DNA of 64,000 nucleotides from Oculina patagonica (Eukaryota): NCBI RefSeq assembly GCF_052425735.1, contig NC_135761.1, positions 620,001 to 684,000 of the forward strand, read 5' to 3'. Shown piece by piece: positions 56,601 to 64,000 of this stretch (position 1 is its first letter; each line of letters starts with the position of its first letter). The notes under the pieces were generated by a model. It saw only the letters and a program-made list of their open reading frames with translations, ran no database searches and was not told where the DNA came from. The position numbers and the translations under genes were made by a program.

Positions 56601-57847
56601 ATTTTAGCGATTTTTTCAGAGCAAGATTTAGCGACTTTTTAATTACGCGATTTTCCGAAAAATTTAAAAAGTTAGTGATATTGTGTAAACCAGTTTTTAA
56701 TGAACATAAAGCTAAGATGGAAATAAATGTACTGTAAGTAAAAGAACAAACTCACTTGAGATTGAACGAACATTTGCACTGCCAGAAAGAACAACTGCTA
56801 CCGGCATCTATTTTTTAAAAGATTTTTTCAATTCGACTACTGATGCTAATTTTGTTTCCCTTTGGGGTGGGAGGGGAGGTATTTAGATTTAACGAGTATT
56901 AAATTGGACCCGAGATAAATTTTAGCGAGTACTAAATTTAGCGATTTTAGCCCCACTCGCTAAAATCACTAAAATTAGTAGCCGCTAACAATAGTAACCT
57001 TAAGGTAAGAACGCATCAACGAAAACTCGTCATATCAGTGTGAACACGCATGGAACTGGAGCTTGCTCCAGGAGCCGAACCTCTCGACCAGTTCACCCAT
57101 AGTTATCAATTTCCTATTTTGAATTTTTCATTTATTATATACACCTAATTGCAATAAGGTTGTCATAGAAAAAAGAAAAAGGAAAAAGTCAAATAGGAAT
57201 TAATAAGCGCGTGCATGGAATTATTTGACAAGGCCCAAAATGCTCAAAATGATAAATCAATATCTTGTTACAGCAAAAAATGTGGACAAAAAAGTGAGAT
57301 AAAACCGTAACGTGCACGTGACTAGCTATTATTCCTATTTACCTTTTTTTTTACTTTTTCTATGACAACGATTGCATAGGTGTATGTATATATTGTATTT
57401 TACCTATTTTTAATCACTGTAATTATGTTAAAGCGTTGGTGTGATATTCGAATGGACTTTTAGATGTAGATATTCGACCAGTACACACGAGGGAGCATTT
57501 TCAAGTTTGCTCAATTTGCCCCGGGATCTTGCTCCCAACTATTTAACGGGTTTAATGTCGTGGAGCATTTTGCGAGGTAGAATACTGTTCCCCGGGGATA
57601 AATTATACCATGAAATCGTTGGTCAGATATGGTGGAGCCTTCTTCCAGTAGCCTGTCTCTGGGGCTTACCCGGGAGCAAACCCCTTCGTGTGTATCGGCC
57701 TTTAATAAGGACAGACGTTGACCATATTTGTTCGTTTTAGCTGTAGCTTGCGAGGATATCAGTCAGAACTGTCGATATTATACATCATACTGTAGTTACA
57801 GCTCATATGTACAAGACAACTGCAAGAAAACATGCAACTTCTGCTGA
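53660..57847 (+). CDS. MMP-D, matrix metalloproteinase with acidic/Pro linker and ShKT domain; coding exons 53660-53740, 53991-54361, 55279-55589, 56234-56266, 57747-57847; 3' UTR exon from 60492
   Basis: [23 protein letters not shown]; linker [12 protein letters not shown]; [32 protein letters not shown]; AATAAA at 60560-60565. An N gap lies in intron 3. Confidence 0.9.
54936..55235. mobile_element. CAGGG-terminated MITE in MMP-D intron 2
   Basis: TIR CAGGGTTCGTAC / GTACGAACCCTG, internal CTTGAA repeats; MMP-C has the empty site (GTTAAGTCGGACTCCC near 48730). Confidence 0.8.
56569..57007. mobile_element. MITE in MMP-D intron 4
   Basis: TACCTTAAGGTAACTATTTTTAGCGGCTACTAATTTTAG is mirrored at the right end. 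Confidence 0.75.
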
Positions 57848-58306
57848 AGGTATGTTTACAATGTATAATAAAAATAGTAGGCCTGTTGGTCGATATTGAA
57901 CGGTTATGTTACACCTGAATATCTTGCTATGACGATGGCAAAGGGAAATAATTTCGTATTGTTAAAATATGCTACACAATCTCGCCCATTAACTGCTATT
58001 TACAGCTGTTGCAAAACCCGAGTACAAAACTAAGGACAATTTTCTTTTTGGAGAAATAAAAGAGAAAGCAAAAATTGTATTACTTGGAAAGTAGACATAG
58101 AAAAAGATATGAGAGAAAAATAGCTCTAACAAGAGTTAAATCCACCTGAGCATAGCTAACATTTAAACAATTCTGCATTTCTAGTTTAAAACTGCCTTGA
58201 TATTTATCCTCACAACATGGCATTTGGTGTCCTGCAAAGCTGATTTAACTATTGCCGAGACCTTTGGTTCTCTTGAACTCAGTATGATGAGATTTTATGA
58301 AAAGTT

Positions 58307-59190
58307 CAGGGGCGGATCCAGGGGGGGTGGATTGGGTGGCTAGCCACCCCCCTTGATCCACCAGAAAAATGAAAATAAGAAACTAAGAATAAGAAAATAA
58401 GAACAATGTCCATCCACCTCTCATAGTCAGGCGGCCGTTCAAAGTTAAGGACGGCCATTTTTCCATAATAGGAGATTTTCGACAGCCTGTTTTTCGAACT
58501 TCTGGCTTAATGTAACAGAACATGTGTGTATAATTTTGAAAAAATAGATTCCTTTTAGCTTTCAAGAATTGTTTTAGCCTTGCTAGAATGATTTTCGTCT
58601 TCATTTACGTCTTTTTTTAGCGAGTTTTCTTACCGTTTTTTCGCATCGAAGCGATTTCACAAGCAGGCAAAGTCGCCAAAGTTGTCCCAAGGCCACTTTG
58701 CCAAGAGCTAAAAATTTCTACGCACGTAGGTGAGCAAAACAACGCATATCTGTTCTTTCCTGTAAGTTCGTGGCCTGTCAAATTTCAATCACTATTCATT
58801 TTATAAAACTATACTTTTTCTCCGAAATATAACTCAAGGTAAGTTGAGGAAAGAATATTTTGCCAAATTATCAAGGAAAAACAGTGTTTTAATAACTTAA
58901 TTGACAGCTGTATAAAGCTGCTCAGAATCGCGGAAATCACGTCTAAGAGGCTTCAACTTTTCAAAATTTTCTGCGGGGGGCATGCCCCCAGACCCCCCTA
59001 GGGGGATGGAGCCTATGGCTCCATGAAATATGGTCCTCAGACCCAAAATAATTTGCGCTCCCATTTTCAAAAAACCGCCTAAAAGCCTGAAACCCCCTCC
59101 CTCATAAACAAATTGGGGCTTAAACAATATAGTAAACAAAAATATTGGTAAACAGCCACCCCCCTTTGAAAAATCCTGGATCCGCCCCTG
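58307..59190. mobile_element. CAGGGGCGGATCCAG-terminated MITE in the MMP-D 3' UTR intron
   Basis: TIR CAGGGGCGGATCCAGG / CCTGGATCCGCCCCTG; AAGTT on both flanks. Confidence 0.8.
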
Positions 59191-61606
59191 AAGTTATGAA
59201 TTGAAATTGTCTTATAGACAGAGGACTAATTTCACATTAACCGGCACTCGCCATCTGACGTCCCACAAATATATTATTAATATAGAGCGTTGTCATGTGA
59301 CGTCACGGCAGCCATATTTGTGTTCCAAAACAAAGGAACGGCGGCCATGTTGGTTTACCAAGCCATTCCTCCGGGAATAAAACTCTATTTTTATGCAAAA
59401 ATAATATTTTGTTTTACTGAACCAATAGACTCTTTGCATAAATGGCGTCTTCATTTGAATAACAATACATATACATCCTTAGCCTCACGTTCACGTAAAA
59501 AATCCTTTGTCTAAAAACACCCACACGAGGCTAAGGATGTACATAGTATTGTTATTCAAATTTGGGCGCCATTTATGCAAAGGGTCTATATGGCCGCTGG
59601 TTACGTGAGTGAAAACGCACCATTTAGTTTCCCCGTATTTATGGTAATTATGTCGGGAAAAAGAAACATTGTCGGTATGGGTATGGTTTTCCAGCAGTTT
59701 TGGTCTGAAATGGGGCATAGATTTTGACCACTTTGGTTATTTGTTCACTCTGGTCAATAAATAGGAATAACTTTCAATCTCGTTCCTCGAGTCTGCGTTT
59801 CTTACTGCGCAAGATTGAAAAAAAGAGCGACTCTCGAAAGTTCCTTTGCTGGTTCGATTTTGATTGGTTTTGAAAACAATAAAATGGCTGGAATAAACGC
59901 CAAGCATTCTCGTCCCCAGAGGCAGCGATCCTTCTGGTCAACACATCCCTGGTGTTGACCAGAAGGATCACGGCCTCTGGGGACGAGAATGAAGGATCGC
60001 GGCGTCTGGGGACGAGAATGGACGCCAAGGAGTTCGTTGAGCCATTGTTTGAAAGCTAGGCATGCGCAATTTAACTGGAAGTCCGCTATTTTCGGACTTT
60101 CCAGGGTTCGCTCGTTTCCCGACCACTGATCAAGGGACATGCACAACTCCTGTTACGAAGTTGGAATAATTTTTGGAAGAAACTATGTGGCCGTTATTAT
60201 TTATCCCTTGAGAAGTTCGATTTAAAAACGTCGGTTATTTGTATCCCATCTTTAATGTTTACACAAACCAAAGCTGTTCTTGGGTAGGACCTGGTCTGAA
60301 ATACAATATTGTCTATGGGGTCAGGTCTTAAAAAGAGCGGGAAAATCGTATATTTTGGCCTGAAATAGAGCAAGGGTTTCAGGAAGCGAACCGTACACAC
60401 CCCCACCCGAATTTGGGGAGAGTACCCCCGGGCTTATAGATCCGAAGCTACAAACGGACTGATGGATATTTTGTTTTCAATTTATCTGCAGATCGTTGCC
60501 ACAGAAGCAGAAGAAAGTTTGATCATTGTATGTAATCATGGAAAAATGAAATCAATATTAATAAAGGGATATAAAAAACTAAGATATGCCATCATTACTA
60601 TAATTGACCACTTTATTTTTATAAGTTTTGGTTAATAAAGTAAAAGCCCACAGGAAGGATGGGGGATGCGACGGGTGCGTTTACCCCCTCCTACCTACGA
60701 GCCGTGGAAGCCCGCAGGCTAAAAAAGAAACGATTTTCAAAAAGACTGAAACAGTAATACCCTTACTCCAATTCGCTAACGGGCGTAGTTTGAAAATAAA
60801 GTCTGAGTCAACTGGTTCGTCCATGAACCAGCATAATGGAAGCCTTGAATTTAGTGGTGCGTGTCCCGTGCGTGTCCCATTTGTAGCGTGTGCATAATGA
60901 AGATACTTGTTTTGTCTCTGCCTTTCTTTTACGGATGATTCTAATCTAAATCAAATCATCCTCTCTTGTCTAAATATGGTCAAAAATTGAAAATTACATT
61001 TTGAAAAGTTCCAGAAGTATTCATGTTTTAACATTCGCTTTTGGCTGCCTGTTCTCCTTTCGAACTGCCTTGAAAACGCACGAAATGTTATCTTATATTT
61101 AACAATTATTCTATGAGCCCGCGTTGGATACGAGGTGGTAAATAGCCAACGAGGCGCGAAGCGCCGAGTTGGCTATAACGACTCGTATCCAACAAGGGCG
61201 AATAGAATAATTGTTTTATTAAATTCTTCTTTAAGTTTAAATCGACTCGACATTTCAGTTTGATGTAAACGAAGTGATAGTATGAGGAGGCGGGAAAATT
61301 TGTGGCGTGGTGTTCACTTCTTGAGTTGAATGAAACACACGAGGAAAGCGAGCGAGAGAGTTTTCTTCCCAAGATTAAGATTTTCATCCAATAATCTCCT
61401 CTAAAGTCGTTTATATATCCCGGAAATTGTGTTACGGGATGATCCGAAGCAAAAGCTTTTCTGGAAACTACACGTCTTGTGCAAGTAGAACGAAGCAAGT
61501 GTTTACATTGTAGTTGTAATTTACGTCTCCACGGCTATCAAGACTGCTATATTTGAAGCGAAATTGAGCTCGAAGTGGAACAGGTTTATTGAAGTATAAA
61601 AGGGCA

Positions 61607-61725
61607 AGGTAGGTAGGTAGGTAAAGTCTGCTTCGAGCCTAGTGGCCAATACAGGCCGGAGCTTATCCCGGTTTCCGTAGCATTAAGCGACTAGGAGTAT
61701 TGTTACTCCCCCCTGGATGGGATGA
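61607..61725 (-). mobile_element. 3' fragment of a SINE-like repeat, cut off at the LINE junction
   Basis: (AGGT)n tail followed by GCCGGAGCTTATCCCGGTTTCCGTAGCATTAAGCGACTAGGAGTA...CCCCCTGGATGGGATG, ending abruptly where the LINE ORF begins. Confidence 0.55.
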
Positions 61726-62767
61726 TTTTTTCAATTGTGAAAAAATCACCAAATTTTCTATGGTTTAAGATCAACAAAGATTATACTAAAACCAACAAAG
61801 ATATATATACATGTGGACTTTACATTCCTCCGCACAACTCGAGATATTTTGATAATGAATTATTTGAAGAACTTGAAACGGACATTGCACTTTTTTCCTC
61901 CCATGGATCGGTTCTTCTTATGGGCGACTTTAATTCAAGAACAGGGAAATATTCGGATAGTATCTGTCAAGAAGGGTCGAAAGTTATTCCAAATAACCGA
62001 TCTGAACTTTCGCTTAATCCAACTCAGCGAAATAGCTTTGACAATGAAGTGAACAATCACGGAAAAAGACTTCTTGAAATATGTAAAAGCGCCGATCTCA
62101 GAATATTGAATGGAAGAGTCAGTGGTGACTCTTTGGGGAGAGCTACCTTTCACGGGAGAAATGGTATAAGTGTAATTGATTACGCACTGTGCGATCAAGA
62201 TTTATTCTTAAATGTTTCAAATTTTATAGTAAAACAGCCCACTTCATTATCAGATCATAGCCCTATAGTGACTTGGCTAAATATTAATTCGACCAATTCT
62301 GATACATGTATTCCAAAAGGATCGCATAATAACATCAACTCTTTAACGCGCATATCAAAACAGTTTGTTTGGGAAAGCGATTCTACACAGAAATTCAAAG
62401 ATGCTTTACGCTCTCCAGTTATCCAAACTCTCATACAAGATTACATAGACGAAAGAGCACATATTAACGATGTTAACACTTCCCTTGATAAAGTAGAAAA
62501 TATTTTTAACACAACTGCAAGACAATGTTTAAAGATTAAAACCACAAAACAGCGTAAGAGTATCCAGTCATCGTCAAACAAAAAATGGTTTGATCGGGAA
62601 TGTAGATTAAAAAGACATGAATTGAGGAAATTGGCAAACCAAAAACACAGAGACCCCCTGAACTCAATTTTACGTGAAAATTACCACGTCGTTCTAATGC
62701 AATACAAAAGTTTACTTAAATCTAAAAAGAACGACTATTGTAATAGCAAGCTTCATAACTTGGAGGA
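61726..62767 (+). mobile_element. Non-LTR retrotransposon ORF2 fragment (APE endonuclease plus linker), truncated at both ends
   Basis: Open frame with CGLYIPP, LMGDFNSRTG, NNHGKRLLEIC...LRILNGR, SVIDYAL, LSDHSPI, KKWFDREC. No RT domain before the junction. Confidence 0.88.
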
Positions 62768-64000
62768 AGTAGTATAGAGGGTAGGCCACAAATACCACCT
62801 CGAATTAGACGCTTTTATCGCAGCTGGAGCGCGTTTTTTGGCAAGTGTTAATGAGTCACGGTAAATTCCCCGACTTTGTTTACCCACGCGGAAAAAAACA
62901 AAATTTGCATACCATGTTCAGGCAAGCCCTTGACATGTTCAAACAAGCCCGTGACTGTCACGCTCTTAACGTAATTCGACAAATACCACACTGAATTAGA
63001 CGGCAAGGGGTCATAATTGATATCACGTGCATTAAATCAAAAGAACAATAGTTGTGCACGTGTAAAACAATAGATTTTTCATTCCAGAGTGCTTAGAACT
63101 CAGATTTTAAGCACACAGGAATGAAAACAACTTACAAAAGTCTAAAAATATCATTCGGGTAAACCCCGACACCCACGCACAAATTTGCATGCCGCTCGCG
63201 GCTTCATGTCAATTGAACATTTGTGCTTTTTAGTTACATGGCTTTCAGCAAGACCTTGTTGACCGCGAACAAAGTAAGTCAATTTGACAAGTTTGTTGAG
63301 CAACAAATTGAGCGAATGCCTCAAATGTCGGGCCCACTTCGTGGAGTTGTCCGTAATATACTGGATAAACCGATCCCTCTTGAAGTGCAAAAGCGTTTGC
63401 TAAAACCGTTGCTTGCACAAAAGTATCACCCAAAACCCCCTCAGCAACTTCGTCACAAAGAAAAGAAGGAGCAAAAAAGGAAGAACATTCAAAATGAATT
63501 TGATCCTTTTGTACCACACGAAAATTGGGGGGTACCAAATTATCAGAATGAGATTTTAAACCTTCTTGATGTCGCGGAAGACGAGGGGGAGGAAAATAGT
63601 GGCCGGCGTTTTATTCTATGGCGCTTCATTAGAGGTCTGGAAAAAGACCTTACACCAAACTTTATGGAAAAAATTCGAGAAAATGTAAACACAGCGTTTT
63701 ATATCAGGCATGTTTACTCGTATCAGTTGCGCAACATTGAAGATGATACGGTCATTGTTTACTACATTAACAAAGGCTCACCTTGGATTCATAAGCTTTC
63801 TGCAGCGGAAAAATGGTTGACCGAACAGGAGACAAAACGCCTGGCCCCTGACAATATTAAAAGACCTTCTACAAAGTGGAAGTTTGAAAGCTTTTTTAAT
63901 GTTGATGTAAAGGTTGTGCTTGACCGTCAACCGCTGTTAGGCACTGGCCCCTTACCAGACTGGCTGCGCAACCTTGCGCATGGCAGGTCGATGGTTGCGC
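62768..64000 (+). mobile_element. Probable left end of a Polinton/Maverick (adintovirus-like) element
   Basis: Starts AGTAGT exactly where LINE homology stops; direct repeat ACAAATACCAC-N3-GAATTAGACG at 62788 and 62979; followed by an intronless ORF. Confidence 0.65.
63238..64000 (+). CDS. Open ORF running off the right edge; N-terminal region of a Polinton-type protein-primed DNA polymerase B
   Basis: 254 codons without a stop (MAFSKTLL...RPSTKWKFESFFNVDVKVVLDRQPLLGTGPLPDWLRNLAHGRSMVA). The RPxTKW and LPDWLRN motifs resemble Polinton PolB N-termini. Not in the ORF track because it has no stop in the window. Confidence 0.65.
   Translation, partial: MAFSKTLLTANKVSQFDKFVEQQIERMPQMSGPLRGVVRNILDKPIPLEVQKRLLKPLLAQKYHPKPPQQLRHKEKKEQKRKNIQNEFDPFVPHENWGVPNYQNEILNLLDVAEDEGEENSGRRFILWRFIRGLEKDLTPNFMEKIRENVNTAFYIRHVYSYQLRNIEDDTVIVYYINKGSPWIHKLSAAEKWLTEQETKRLAPDNIKRPSTKWKFESFFNVDVKVVLDRQPLLGTGPLPDWLRNLAHGRSMVA

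Overview
Eukaryotic, AT-rich, intron-containing animal DNA, most likely an anthozoan or stony coral (inferred from repeat families and MMP-ShK architecture); three N gaps. Left to right: (1) the 5' part of an RRM-containing NCOA5-like gene on the minus strand, running off the left edge; (2) a secreted GH9 endoglucanase with two CBM2-like modules and a PT/E linker carrying a 4-nt frameshift; (3) four tandem compact matrix metalloproteinase genes, two ending in a ShKT domain and two that lost it through a stop in the linker exon; (4) a 12.6-kb CACAG-terminated CMC/EnSpm-type DNA transposon in intron 3 of the first MMP, with a decayed transposase, a divergent, nearly intact 5-exon second gene (C14orf93-like C-terminus), a 2.3-kb 18-bp minisatellite and a hammerhead ribozyme; (5) many MITEs and SINEs; (6) at the right edge a nested SINE, LINE fragment and probable Polinton/Maverick left end with an open PolB-type ORF the ORF track missed. 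Exon structures were read by eye from splice signals and frame continuity; family assignments come from motif recognition, not database searches.
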